Below are positions 8,665 through 17,924 of a stretch of 57,833 nucleotides of DNA, in pieces. This stretch comes from Bacillota bacterium (GTDB lineage: Bacteria > Bacillota > Limnochordia > Darwinibacteriales > Darwinibacteriaceae). Location of the stretch: contig JAAYOM010000113.1 in NCBI GenBank assembly GCA_012520315.1, positions 1 to 57,833 of the forward strand, read 5' to 3'. The translations under genes were made by a program, and so were the position numbers. The notes below the pieces were generated by a model. It was not told the origin of the DNA. It ran no database searches and saw only the letters and a list, made by a program, of their open reading frames with translations. The first letter of the stretch is position 1. The number at the start of each line of letters is the position of its first letter.

Positions 8665-10011
8665 ATGCGCTATCTTTCGATAACGCAGGAAGAACGGGAA
8701 GAGATGCTGAGAAGTCTCGGGATAGATAAGATTGAAGATCTTTTTACTGCTATCCCCGAGCGGATGCGTCTCGACGAAGACCTGGATCTCCCTCCGCCCT
8801 TGACCGAGGCCGAGTTGGTTCGCCATTTCTCGGAGCTGGCTGCAAAGAACAAGGATCTCAAATCCTCCGTCTCCTTTTTAGGGGGAGGGGCATACGATCA
8901 CTTGGTTCCCAGCATCATTAAGCACATTGTAGGCCGGGGAGAGTTTCTCACGGCTTATACACCTTACCAGCCGGAGATTACCCAGGGTGTCCTGCAGAGC
9001 ATTTTCGAATATCAGACAATGATTTGTGAACTGACTGGTATGGAAGCATCTAACGCTTCCATGTATGACGGTGCCAGCGCACTGGCTGAGGCCGCCCTGA
9101 TGGCTTGCGCAGCAACCCGCAGGGAGCTTGTGGTACTTCCCGAGTCGCTTCACCCTGAGTGGAGAGATGTTGTCCAGCTCTACCTAGAGAGCCAGGACGT
9201 TAACATCGCCTACCTGCCCTATGACGAGGCAACCGGTGTGGTTGATGCTAAGGCATTCGAGGCCATCTCGTGGTCTGAAGCAGCCTGCGTTGTTGTACAG
9301 CAGCCCAACTTCTTTGGACTTTTGGAGAATGTGGCTGCCTTTAGTCAGGTTGCCAAAGAAAGTGGTGCCCTGCTGGTTATGGCAGTGGATCCAGTCAGCC
9401 TCAGCCTGCTCAAATCCCCAGGCGAGCTCGGTGCTGACATTGTGGTCGGCGACGGACAAAGCCTTGGTAATGCTATGGGTTTTGGCGGACCTTCAGTAGG
9501 TTTCTTTGCCACCAGCAGTACCAAACTGATTCGGCGTATGCCTGGGCGGGTTGTAGGTGAAACAGTAGATACAGACGGCACCAGGGGATTTGTACTCACC
9601 CTGCAGACACGTGAGCAGCATATCCGCCGGGAGAAGGCTACGTCGAACATTTGTTCCAACCAAGCCTTAAACGCCCTGATTACCACCATCTACCTCAGCG
9701 TCTTGGGTAAAGAGGGCTTCAAGGATCTCGGCAGCCAATGCCTGCAGAAAGCTAACTACATGAAACAGCGCTTGCTGGAAATTGATGGACTAACCTCCCC
9801 CTTTAGCGCACCTTCCTTTAGGGAATTTGTGATTCATGGTGCTGTAAATTGGGAAGAAGTCAATGCACGCCTGCTCGAGCATGGTTTCGTCGGAGGATTG
9901 CCCTTAGCCCGCTTTGGCCTGCCTGAATATGTACTTTTCTCTGTAACAGAGGCCCGGACCAAAGAAGAAATCGACAGTTTTGTAAATACACTAAGGGGGT
10001 TGATCTCATGA
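8665..10011 (+). CDS. gcvPA: Glycine dehydrogenase subunit 1
   Basis: [46 protein letters not shown]. Confidence 0.97.
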   Translation: MRYLSITQEEREEMLRSLGIDKIEDLFTAIPERMRLDEDLDLPPPLTEAELVRHFSELAAKNKDLKSSVSFLGGGAYDHLVPSIIKHIVGRGEFLTAYTPYQPEITQGVLQSIFEYQTMICELTGMEASNASMYDGASALAEAALMACAATRRELVVLPESLHPEWRDVVQLYLESQDVNIAYLPYDEATGVVDAKAFEAISWSEAACVVVQQPNFFGLLENVAAFSQVAKESGALLVMAVDPVSLSLLKSPGELGADIVVGDGQSLGNAMGFGGPSVGFFATSSTKLIRRMPGRVVGETVDTDGTRGFVLTLQTREQHIRREKATSNICSNQALNALITTIYLSVLGKEGFKDLGSQCLQKANYMKQRLLEIDGLTSPFSAPSFREFVIHGAVNWEEVNARLLEHGFVGGLPLARFGLPEYVLFSVTEARTKEEIDSFVNTLRGLIS

Positions 10012-11474
10012 CAGAACGCAAACTTGTCCCCTTAATTTTTGAACGTTCTACACCTGGGCGCCGGGGTTACAGACTTCCCGAACTGGATGTTCCTGAGGTA
10101 CCAGTCACAGAGTTGATTCCAGGAGAATTTTTGCGTGATGAGCCCCCTGCTCTGCCCGAAGTCAGCGAGCTTGAAGTGGTCCGTCACTATACCCAGCTTT
10201 CCAGATTAAATCATGGTGTGGATGTGGGCTTTTATCCCCTCGGTTCCTGCACTATGAAGTACAATCCCAGGGTGAATGAAGATGTAACCAGCATGCCCGG
10301 GTTTGCCGCAATTCACCCCTATCAGCCTGAAGAGACTGTACAGGGAGCTTTGGAGCTAATGTACAATCTAGGTGAGTATTTGGCCACCATTTCCGGTCTG
10401 CATGCAACTACACTGCAGCCGGCTGCCGGTGCCCACGGCGAACTGACTGGTCTGCTGGTCATTAAGGCCCACCACACCAAGCGGGGCGAAAGTCATCGCA
10501 CTGAGATGATCATTCCTGACTCTGCACATGGAACCAACCCAGCCAGCTGTGCCATGGTTGGCTACAAGGTAGTAGAGGTGCCATCGAATGAGCGGGGCGG
10601 TGTGGATGTAGAAGCGCTCAAAGGTCTTGTGGGGCCTAACACAGCCGGACTGATGCTCACCAATCCCAACACCTTGGGTCTTTTCGATGAAAATATCTGT
10701 GAAATAGCGGAGATTATCCATGATGCGGGCGGCCTGCTTTACTATGACGGGGCAAATGCCAACGCAATTATGGGAATTGCTCGTCCTGGCGATATGGGCT
10801 TTGATGTAGTGCACTTCAATCTGCACAAAACTTTCTCCACGCCCCATGGCGGCGGCGGACCAGGTGCCGGCCCCATCGTTGTCTGCAAGGATTTGGCGCA
10901 ATTTTTGCCAGGACCAATTGTGGTGAAAGACGGTGACAATTATCGCTTTGCAACACCGGAAAACTCGATTGGACGTGTGTGCTCGTTTTACGGCAACTTC
11001 CTGGTCTACGCCAAGGCCTATGCCTATATCCGCTCCCATGGACCTAAAGGCTTGAGAGAGGTTAGCGAAACTGCGGTACTGAACGCCAATTACATGATGA
11101 ACAAACTGAAGGACATCTATCATCTGCCCTATGATCGGACCTGTATGCATGAGTTTGTGCTCTCCGGCTCCTGGCAGAAGGACTACAACGGCGTAAGAAC
11201 CCTAGACATTGCCAAACGTCTCTTAGATCACGGTTACCATGCACCTACAGTGTATTTCCCCATGGTAGTGGATGAGGCAATAATGATTGAGCCAACTGAA
11301 ACTGAACCGAAATCTACTTTGGATGAGTTTATTGACGTCATGCGTGAGATCGCAGAGGAAGCAAAGAAAGATCCGGAACTGCTCAAGACAGCACCCCACA
11401 CTACACCGCTGAAGCGGCTCGATGAGGCGCAGGCGGCACGGAAACCGGTCTTGCGCTGGGAAAAACCTGAATAA
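10008..11474 (+). CDS. gcvPB: Glycine dehydrogenase subunit 2
   Basis: [24 protein letters not shown]-Lys motif [14 protein letters not shown]. Confidence 0.97.
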   Translation: MTERKLVPLIFERSTPGRRGYRLPELDVPEVPVTELIPGEFLRDEPPALPEVSELEVVRHYTQLSRLNHGVDVGFYPLGSCTMKYNPRVNEDVTSMPGFAAIHPYQPEETVQGALELMYNLGEYLATISGLHATTLQPAAGAHGELTGLLVIKAHHTKRGESHRTEMIIPDSAHGTNPASCAMVGYKVVEVPSNERGGVDVEALKGLVGPNTAGLMLTNPNTLGLFDENICEIAEIIHDAGGLLYYDGANANAIMGIARPGDMGFDVVHFNLHKTFSTPHGGGGPGAGPIVVCKDLAQFLPGPIVVKDGDNYRFATPENSIGRVCSFYGNFLVYAKAYAYIRSHGPKGLREVSETAVLNANYMMNKLKDIYHLPYDRTCMHEFVLSGSWQKDYNGVRTLDIAKRLLDHGYHAPTVYFPMVVDEAIMIEPTETEPKSTLDEFIDVMREIAEEAKKDPELLKTAPHTTPLKRLDEAQAARKPVLRWEKPE

Positions 11475-11511
11475 AAAACAATCCCCCTTCCCTAAGGAAG
11501 GGGGATGTTTT
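11475..11511. terminator. Bidirectional intrinsic terminator between gcvPB and prsA
   Basis: ATCCCCCTTCC-CTAA-GGAAGGGGGAT, A-run before and T-run after. Confidence 0.85.
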
Positions 11512-11527
11512 CTTAATGGCTGGTAAA

Positions 11528-12439
11528 CTAGTTTGCGTATTCCTTTGGCTCCCACTGTACTTGGATATCAGACTCCTGTTCCAGGAGATAGAGGTAGCTT
11601 TCTAAATCTAAAGCCTTGCTGCCCCGGTAATCCCGCTCAACCTCTTCAGCCAGATCTGCAAAGACAGCTTCTTTGGCCTCATTCTTGGCATGAACGATGA
11701 TGACATGCCAGCCGTATTGACTCTCGGTAATGCCGTATTCTCCAACGGGCAGAGCGAAGGCCATCTCTTCAAACTCTTCAACAGTCAAGCCCCTTTGGAT
11801 GTGTCCAAGGTAGCCGCCTTGCTGGGCTGTGCCTGGATCGAGGGAATATTCTTCGGCTAGAGTGATCAGATCGCCGCCGTCTTTCAGGAGCTCCAATACT
11901 TCATTAGCCTCTTCTTCTGTATCCACTAGAATGTGACTTACTTCCACGGTTTCAGGCTGATCATAAGAGGAGCGGTTCTCCTGGAAGAATGCTTCAACGG
12001 CACCTTCTTCCACTTCTACTTCAGCCCTGGCCAGCTGGCCAATGAGCATATTCCATTTCAGCTGGGCAATAAATGCCTCTTCTGAGACATTGTTCTGCAT
12101 AAGGAACATATAAAGCCCTTGCATTCCGCCGAGCTGGGCAATAACCATATCCAGCAGTTCTCCGAATTCTTCTTCATCAAGTGTGACGCCTAGCTGTTCT
12201 GCTCTCTGTCTAATAATCTCATCCTGGACAAGTTCCTGGAGGGCAAAAAACCCGTATTGATTCTCTAACAGTGTGTAAAACTGGTCTCTAGTAATGGCTA
12301 CTCCGTTTACGGTAGCCACCACTTCGCTGCCTTGCTCCGCCAATAGCGTCCCGGGGGCGAAGAGGGAGAGGGTAAGAATTACTAGCAAGAGTACAACATT
12401 AATCTTTTTCAAGAAGGTCATCCTTTCTGTATGGTTCAT
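11528..12439 (-). CDS. prsA: PrsA/SurA-like parvulin peptidyl-prolyl isomerase (foldase)
   Basis: VATVNG, SHILV, SLDPGT..GG.LG, EFEEMAF, GWHVI. Signal peptide has no lipobox Cys. Start uncertain (ATG 12439 or TTG 12412). Confidence 0.85.
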   Translation of the reverse strand: MNHTERMTFLKKINVVLLLVILTLSLFAPGTLLAEQGSEVVATVNGVAITRDQFYTLLENQYGFFALQELVQDEIIRQRAEQLGVTLDEEEFGELLDMVIAQLGGMQGLYMFLMQNNVSEEAFIAQLKWNMLIGQLARAEVEVEEGAVEAFFQENRSSYDQPETVEVSHILVDTEEEANEVLELLKDGGDLITLAEEYSLDPGTAQQGGYLGHIQRGLTVEEFEEMAFALPVGEYGITESQYGWHVIIVHAKNEAKEAVFADLAEEVERDYRGSKALDLESYLYLLEQESDIQVQWEPKEYAN

Positions 12440-12481
12440 CACTCCATAATTCTCGGTTCCCCGGCAATCCCCTTTTAATAT

Positions 12482-12504
12482 TGTGGATAAACCTATGCTA
12501 TAAT
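12482..12504 (+). promoter_or_regulatory. Extended -10 promoter with an adjacent perfect DnaA box
   Basis: TGTGGATAA 12482-12490; TG-C-TATAAT 12496-12504. Confidence 0.6.
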
Positions 12505-12535
12505 TATTGTAATAGAGGGAAAAGGTGGGAAGAAT

Positions 12536-12700
12536 ATGCATGAACTGGGGCAAATCTTACGTTTGAAGAAGAAGCATGCTTGCGGAGGTCAAACCTGGGA
12601 AGTGCTCAAACCAGGTGTGGATACCCGTCTGAAATGCACCACATGCGGGCGGGTAATTCTCATACCCCGGGACAAACTCGTTCGCCAGATCATCAAGTGA
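12536..12700 (+). CDS. DUF951 (YyzM-like) protein, 54 aa; absent from ORF track
   Basis: MHELGQILRLKKKHACGGQTWEVLKPGVDTRLKCTTCGRVILIPRDKLVRQIIK: KKxHxCG...W...GxD..LKC..CGR pattern; GAGGGAAAAGG upstream. Confidence 0.85.
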   Translation: MHELGQILRLKKKHACGGQTWEVLKPGVDTRLKCTTCGRVILIPRDKLVRQIIK

Positions 12701-12760
12701 GGGGAACATCCTCCCCCGAGAGAATATAATAACCCAACCATGCCTAGGAGGTTGGTAGCT

Positions 12761-13816
12761 GTGGGAAAAATCCGTCACCTTTTTGCCGGCAGTAATTCGG
12801 GGAAAGGCTTTTACTCCCTTTTTGACAACATCATTGGCCCTGAGGCCAGGCGAGTGTATTTACTGAAGGGCGGCCCCGGTACGGGCAAATCCCGTTTGAT
12901 GAGTCATATTGCAGGCGCATTAGCAGAGGAAGGCATCGATCAGGAGCGCTTTTTTTGCAGCTCGGATTCTAAAGCCCTGGACGCTGTCTCCTTTCCTACG
13001 CTAGGCATCGCAATGATCGATGCAACAGCTCCCCACGCCTTGGAGGCCACTTGGCCTGGTTGCCGGGATCACCTGGTTAACTTAGGGCACTTTTGGTCAA
13101 CGAAGATGCTTGAGGCAAAGCGGGATGAGATTATGAGGGGAGGCCGCATCAAACAGGGCCATTTTGCAGCTTCCTTCCGCTATTTTGCCGCCGCCCTGGC
13201 CGTAGAGGAAAACATCGCCTGCCGCCAGGAAACAGGGCAAAGGAGCTTTGACTGCAGCTGGGAGCTAGAGGAAATCTTCGCTTTGTTATCGTCATCAACC
13301 GCAAGCGCGGGGGATCGAACGGACACGATCCGCCGCCTCTTCGCTTCAGCCCTAACCCCTGAGGGTTATGTAAGCCATATCCAGAGCCTCTCAGCGGATA
13401 TGACCCATCTCTTTATACTGACCGGGGGTATGGGAACAGCCCAAAACGCATTGCTGGGTAGGATTGCCAGTTATGCCCAGGGCAGAGGGTATGATTTAGA
13501 AGCCTTTCATTATCCTTTGAATCCAAAGCGTCTCCTTCACCTCTTTATCCCTGAGGCCGGTGTTGGGGTGTTAAGTGAAATTCCCCTCGAGGATCTTGGC
13601 AAACTCAAGGGCCGGCGAATTGCATGCGGCCCTGTGGTAACCTCCGCGGACGGAGGAGATTTGAGACTTTATCAGGAACTCTTACAACGCGGCTTTGATT
13701 CCTTGGTAGAGGCCCAGTCCAGCCACCATTTTGTGGAAGAAATCTACACCCAGGCCATGGACTTCGACTCACTTAGTACCTGCCGCGATCAGATTTTAGC
13801 AGAGATCCTCTCATAG
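12761..13816 (+). CDS. PRK06851-like tandem P-loop NTPase
   Basis: FAGSNSGKGFYSLF, LKGGPGTGKS, IDATAPH; second P-loop degenerate. GTG 12761 follows AGGAGGT. Confidence 0.75.
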   Translation: MGKIRHLFAGSNSGKGFYSLFDNIIGPEARRVYLLKGGPGTGKSRLMSHIAGALAEEGIDQERFFCSSDSKALDAVSFPTLGIAMIDATAPHALEATWPGCRDHLVNLGHFWSTKMLEAKRDEIMRGGRIKQGHFAASFRYFAAALAVEENIACRQETGQRSFDCSWELEEIFALLSSSTASAGDRTDTIRRLFASALTPEGYVSHIQSLSADMTHLFILTGGMGTAQNALLGRIASYAQGRGYDLEAFHYPLNPKRLLHLFIPEAGVGVLSEIPLEDLGKLKGRRIACGPVVTSADGGDLRLYQELLQRGFDSLVEAQSSHHFVEEIYTQAMDFDSLSTCRDQILAEILS

Positions 13817-14266
13817 GGACGACTGCTGATACTTCTGGACAAAGCGCAAAAGGGGAATTCCCAAGACCAAGACAACCACACTTTGCCCGGCGCCTATGCT
13901 CAGTACCAGGGGCCAGTAGGCCGGCAAGTCCAGGATGTACCAGAGGTACAAGCTTACCAAGAAAGCATTGAGGACTATAGGTGAGGCATAGCCTATGATC
14001 TTTCCCTTATAGCGATAGGTGAGATAGGCAGCTAAAAGCGTAACAAGACTGCCGCCAAAAATGTCCCAGGGCCCTTGTCCACCAAGAATGTTTGCCAATA
14101 GTGCTCCTACATAGAGCCCTCCGATGGCCTCCGGATAGACCATGGGCAGCAAAGTTAACGCTTCAGCCACTCGCAGCTGAATCGGTCCGAAACTAATTGC
14201 TTGAAATACAAAAACCAAGATGATGTAGAGCGCAGCAACAATGCCTGCCCTCGCTAGACGTTTCAT
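13811..14266 (-). CDS. queT: QueT-family transporter
   Basis: ISFGPIQLRVAEALTLLP, ANILG..G..D...G; RBS AAGGAGG. Confidence 0.88.
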   Translation of the reverse strand: MKRLARAGIVAALYIILVFVFQAISFGPIQLRVAEALTLLPMVYPEAIGGLYVGALLANILGGQGPWDIFGGSLVTLLAAYLTYRYKGKIIGYASPIVLNAFLVSLYLWYILDLPAYWPLVLSIGAGQSVVVLVLGIPLLRFVQKYQQSSL

Positions 14267-14314
14267 AACGTTTCCTCCTTCATCTCAGTTTACCTTTTTG
14301 GAGGTGCAAAATCA

Positions 14315-15382
14315 ATGGCATTGCGTATTGGCATAATCGGCCTTCCCAACGTGGGAAAATCCACCGTTTTTAACGCGCTGACCAAACTTGATGTACCTGC
14401 CCTTAACTATCCCTTCTGCACCATAGACCCAAACCAGGGTATGGTCTTAATACCTGACGACCGCCTGCAGAAAATAGCGGAAGTCAGTCAGCCCAAGATA
14501 CTCACTGGTTCTACAATTGAGTTTGTAGATATTGCGGGGCTGGTGAAGGGAGCCAGCCGGGGGGAGGGTTTGGGCAACCAGTTCCTGGCCCATATCCGGG
14601 AGATGGATGCACTGGCCCATGTAGTGCGTTTGTTTACCGCAAACGATGTGGCCAGCCAAGAAGAAGGAGTTGACCCTTTACGGGATATTGAGATCGTTGA
14701 TTTAGAACTTATCCTGGCTGATCTCCAGACTTTACAGCGGCGCAGGGAGCGGACTGCCCGGATGCTCAAAACCGGTGAAGCCCAGTACCGCGAAGAACTG
14801 GCGCTGTTAGAACAATACCAGGAGGTTCTCGAAAAAGGTATCCCTCTGCGCCGCACCGACCTACCCTTGATTGCAGACTTACCTCTACTTTCCGCCAAGC
14901 CGGTGATGTACATAGCCAACACCAACGAAGGAGAATATGGACTGGATCCGGCCTTTAAGGAATGGGCAGCAGCGGAGAATGCGGAAGTAGTGATAATGGC
15001 TGCAGACTTCGAAATGGAGCTTAGTCGTTTAGACCCTGCTGATGCTGAGCTTTTCTTAGCTGAAGCGCAGATGGACAAGCCTGCCTTGCACCGTTTGGTT
15101 GCTGCAGGGGTTCGTCTTCTAGATTTGCTTACCTTTTACACCATTAAGGGTGATGAAACCAGATCGTGGATTATTTCCCGGGGAATGTTAGGGCCCCAAG
15201 CAGCAGGGAACATCCATTCTGATATGGAGCGGGGATTCATTCGGGCTGAGGTGATCGATTGGAAAATATTGGTAGACGAGGGATCCTTGGCAAGCTGCCG
15301 GGACAAAGGTCTAGTTCGCATTGAAGGTAAGGACTATGTTGTCCAGGATGGGGATGTAATTTTCTTCCGTTTCAATGTTTGA
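14315..15382 (+). CDS. ychF: Ribosome-binding ATPase YchF
   Basis: GLPNVGKST, NYPFCTIDPN, DIAGLVKGASRGEGLGNQFL, IHSDMERGFIRAE, EGKDYVVQDGD. Confidence 0.97.
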   Translation: MALRIGIIGLPNVGKSTVFNALTKLDVPALNYPFCTIDPNQGMVLIPDDRLQKIAEVSQPKILTGSTIEFVDIAGLVKGASRGEGLGNQFLAHIREMDALAHVVRLFTANDVASQEEGVDPLRDIEIVDLELILADLQTLQRRRERTARMLKTGEAQYREELALLEQYQEVLEKGIPLRRTDLPLIADLPLLSAKPVMYIANTNEGEYGLDPAFKEWAAAENAEVVIMAADFEMELSRLDPADAELFLAEAQMDKPALHRLVAAGVRLLDLLTFYTIKGDETRSWIISRGMLGPQAAGNIHSDMERGFIRAEVIDWKILVDEGSLASCRDKGLVRIEGKDYVVQDGDVIFFRFNV

Positions 15383-15407
15383 CTTCAAAATAGAGCGGTG
15401 ATATAAT
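15379..15407 (+). promoter_or_regulatory. sigmaA promoter of rpsF-ssb-rpsR
   Basis: TTGACT-N17-TATAAT with TG extension; overlaps ychF stop. Confidence 0.88.
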
Positions 15408-15410
15408 AAA

Positions 15411-15469
15411 CGGTGCCCTGCCCTAAGCTTGTCTTAGGGCCATATGTCCAGAGGGGAGGTGAAGCTACG
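15411..15469 (+). ncRNA. Candidate S6:S18 r-protein leader in the rpsF 5' UTR
   Basis: Hairpin GCCCTAAG-CTTGT-CTTAGGGC (15420-15440) with CCC elements able to pair with the GGGGAGG RBS; this is the known location of that leader class. No covariance model was run. Confidence 0.45.
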
Positions 15470-15760
15470 GTGCGTAGTTATGAGCTAATGGTGATCTTTG
15501 TCCCAAGTCTCGACGAAGAAGGGCTAGATGCCCAAATCGAACGAACCAAGGGCCTGATTGAAGGCATCGGCGGTGAGGTCGAGAAAGTTGATAAATGGGG
15601 CAAGCGCCGGTTTGCATACGAAATCAACGATAATACCGAGGGCTTCTATGTGGTGATCGATTTTAAAGCAGAAAGCGGAGCGACTTCTGAGGTCGAACGT
15701 ATTCTTAAGATCACTGATGAAGTCATTCGTTATCTGCTCGTTCGTACGGATCAAGAATGA
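15470..15760 (+). CDS. rpsF: 30S ribosomal protein S6
   Basis: MRSYELMVIF, WGKRRFAYEI, VIRYLLVR. GTG 15470 follows GGAGGTGA. Confidence 0.97.
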   Translation: MRSYELMVIFVPSLDEEGLDAQIERTKGLIEGIGGEVEKVDKWGKRRFAYEINDNTEGFYVVIDFKAESGATSEVERILKITDEVIRYLLVRTDQE

Positions 15761-15778
15761 GCTAAGGAGTGACGAAAG

Positions 15779-16165
15779 GTGTTAAACAAGGTTATTCTTA
15801 TTGGGCGACTCGTAGCTGATCCACAATTACGCTATACCCAATCAGGTATAGCGGTTACCAACTTTACACTTGCAGTGGATCGTCCCTTTGTAACCCAGAG
15901 TGGTGAAAGGGAAGCTGATTTCATTGATATCGTAACGTGGCGCAAGTTGGCTGAAGTGTGTGCCAACCACTTGAACAAGGGCCGCCTCGTTGCCGTGGAA
16001 GGACGATTGCAGATCCGCTCCTACGATGACCAAAACGGTATCAGACGCAAGGCTGCCGAAATAGTGGCTGATAATGTGCGCTTTTTGGATCGCGCTCAGG
16101 ACAGTGGATCCGTTGAATCAGCAGATGGACCGCCCGAACCGGAGTTTGATGACATTCCATTTTAA
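15779..16165 (+). CDS. ssb: Single-stranded DNA-binding protein (short linker, 128 aa)
   Basis: NKVILIGRL, EADFIDIVTWRKLAE, VEGRLQIRSY, C-terminal DDIPF. Confidence 0.98.
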   Translation: MLNKVILIGRLVADPQLRYTQSGIAVTNFTLAVDRPFVTQSGEREADFIDIVTWRKLAEVCANHLNKGRLVAVEGRLQIRSYDDQNGIRRKAAEIVADNVRFLDRAQDSGSVESADGPPEPEFDDIPF

Positions 16166-16189
16166 TCTCATGGGTTTGGAGGCGAGATA

Positions 16190-16420
16190 ATGGCAAGAGA
16201 CAGAGGCCGTAGAGGCAGGAGAAAAGTCTGCTCTTTCTGCGTTGACAAGATTGAGCAAGTTGACTACAAAGAAGTAGGCCGTCTACGTCGCTATATTACA
16301 GAACGAGGCAAAATTTTGCCACGGCGGATTTCTGGTAACTGTGCGAAGCACCAAAGACAAGTTACCAACGCAATCAAGCGGGCCCGCTATATGGCATTGA
16401 TGCCTTATACAGTTGATTAA
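16190..16420 (+). CDS. rpsR: 30S ribosomal protein S18 (Zn-binding form)
   Basis: CSFC...[21 protein letters not shown]. Confidence 0.98.
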   Translation: MARDRGRRGRRKVCSFCVDKIEQVDYKEVGRLRRYITERGKILPRRISGNCAKHQRQVTNAIKRARYMALMPYTVD

Positions 16421-16426
16421 GAACTT

Positions 16427-16452
16427 AAGGAGCAGCCAAGCTGCTCCTTTTT
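16427..16452 (+). terminator. Intrinsic terminator after rpsR
   Basis: AAGGAGCAGC-CAA-GCTGCTCCTT then TTT. Confidence 0.85.
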
Positions 16453-16476
16453 CGAATTGAAATCAGAGGTGAATGT

Positions 16477-17424
16477 ATGAAGACCCGGTCCTTAACTGAG
16501 GGAGCTATGCTTGGGGCTATCACTGTCCTAGTGGCTATACTTGGTGAATACATCGGAGTTCCGTCGATCATAGTGCCCATACCGCTCATGCTTTTAGTCT
16601 ATCGCCAGGGATTTCAATACGGAATTCTTGCGGCGATAGCTGCTGCTTTGATTTCCAGCTTTGTGGCAGGTCATGTTTTCTCAGGTCTGTCCATTATTAT
16701 CTGGGGTTTTGTCGGGGTAGCCCTCGGCTTGGCCCTGCGGGAAAAATTCTCTTTTGCCAAGCTGATGGCAGTTGGCGTACTGTCCAATCTGGTCGTTTTT
16801 GGCCTGAACTTGCTCCTGTACTCCTTGATCATCGGCGGTAATATGCTCACTGACCTTTTGGCCATGATGAATGAAGCCCTTCAGCAAGCGGCGGAAATGT
16901 CGCAAAGCTTAGGTGTGACAGGTGAGGCCCTGCAGCAGTACGAAGCGCTGCAGACTTTCTTGCCGATTGTGCTGCGCACGGGTTTACCTTCATTGCTGCT
17001 AGTGTATTCGGTCAGTATGAGCTATATCAACCTGGTAATTGGCCGGGCGATCTTAAAGCGTCTTGGTGACAGTGCCATGCCCGTGATTATGCCCTTTTCG
17101 AGGTGGAGAATCCCCGGATATTTCAGTTTGCTCTTTGCGTTTGGATTAATCGTAACCACCATGGCCCAGGCGAGACCACTCCCTGACTGGCTGCAGTTTT
17201 TAGGTTTAAATGCTTTTCTGATTTCCTTTTACTCCTACTTAGTTGCAGGTGTATCCCTGGCATGGTATTATTTCCAGAAGAAGAACGTGCCTGTGTTCTT
17301 GCGCGTGTTGTTTGTTTTTATGCTCTTTTCGATGCCACTGGTGCTGATGGTCTTAATTGTGCTGACAGTGGCAGATGGGGTCTTTGATTTTCGCAAATTA
17401 AATTCCCCAGAAGACAAAAATTAG
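16477..17424 (+). CDS. yybS: YybS/DUF2232 membrane protein
   Basis: TRSLTEGAML N-terminus, multiple TM segments, PFSRWRIP, DGVFDFRKL C-terminus; upstream of rplI. Confidence 0.88.
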   Translation: MKTRSLTEGAMLGAITVLVAILGEYIGVPSIIVPIPLMLLVYRQGFQYGILAAIAAALISSFVAGHVFSGLSIIIWGFVGVALGLALREKFSFAKLMAVGVLSNLVVFGLNLLLYSLIIGGNMLTDLLAMMNEALQQAAEMSQSLGVTGEALQQYEALQTFLPIVLRTGLPSLLLVYSVSMSYINLVIGRAILKRLGDSAMPVIMPFSRWRIPGYFSLLFAFGLIVTTMAQARPLPDWLQFLGLNAFLISFYSYLVAGVSLAWYYFQKKNVPVFLRVLFVFMLFSMPLVLMVLIVLTVADGVFDFRKLNSPEDKN

Positions 17425-17439
17425 AGGGGTGGGTGTCTT

Positions 17440-17886
17440 ATGAAAGTTATTCTTCAGGCAGATGTAAAGAAGATTGGCAAAAAGGGTGATGTGGTTGATG
17501 TGGCAGAGGGATACGGCCGCAACTACCTTATACCTAGGGGTCTGGCTGTGGAAGCCAGTGCAGGAAACCTGCGGCAGGTGGCTGAGGTGAAAAGGGCCGA
17601 GTCCACCAGGGCAGACCGGGAGCTGAAAGAGGCGGAAAGAATAGGAACCACCCTGCAGGATCAGACAGTGAAGGTTACTGCTAAAGTCGGAGACGGAGGC
17701 AGGCTCTTCGGTTCTATTACAACCCAGGAAATTGCAGAACAGCTCCGCAAGCAGTTCTCGGTAGAAATTGACAAGAGGAAAATTGATGTCCAAGAGCCAA
17801 TTAAGACGCTGGGTTCACATCCTGTGACTGTGAAAGTCCATCCCAAAGTCCATGTGACGGTCACGGTGGAGGTCACACCTCAGTAG
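17440..17886 (+). CDS. rplI: 50S ribosomal protein L9
   Basis: MKVILQADVKKIGKKGDVVDVAEGYGRNYLIP, GRLFGSIT. Confidence 0.98.
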   Translation: MKVILQADVKKIGKKGDVVDVAEGYGRNYLIPRGLAVEASAGNLRQVAEVKRAESTRADRELKEAERIGTTLQDQTVKVTAKVGDGGRLFGSITTQEIAEQLRKQFSVEIDKRKIDVQEPIKTLGSHPVTVKVHPKVHVTVTVEVTPQ

Positions 17887-17924
17887 CCTTGGCGGGAAAT
17901 ACTTACTTGGAGGGTTAATCTCCA

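Noticed and set aside
10368-11150. Long antisense or alternate-frame ORFs (e.g. 10368-11150, 7336-8094, 14488-15078, 51024-51641, 3835-4362)
   Set aside because: They lie opposite well-supported conserved genes and show no RBS or recognisable motifs; shadow ORFs.
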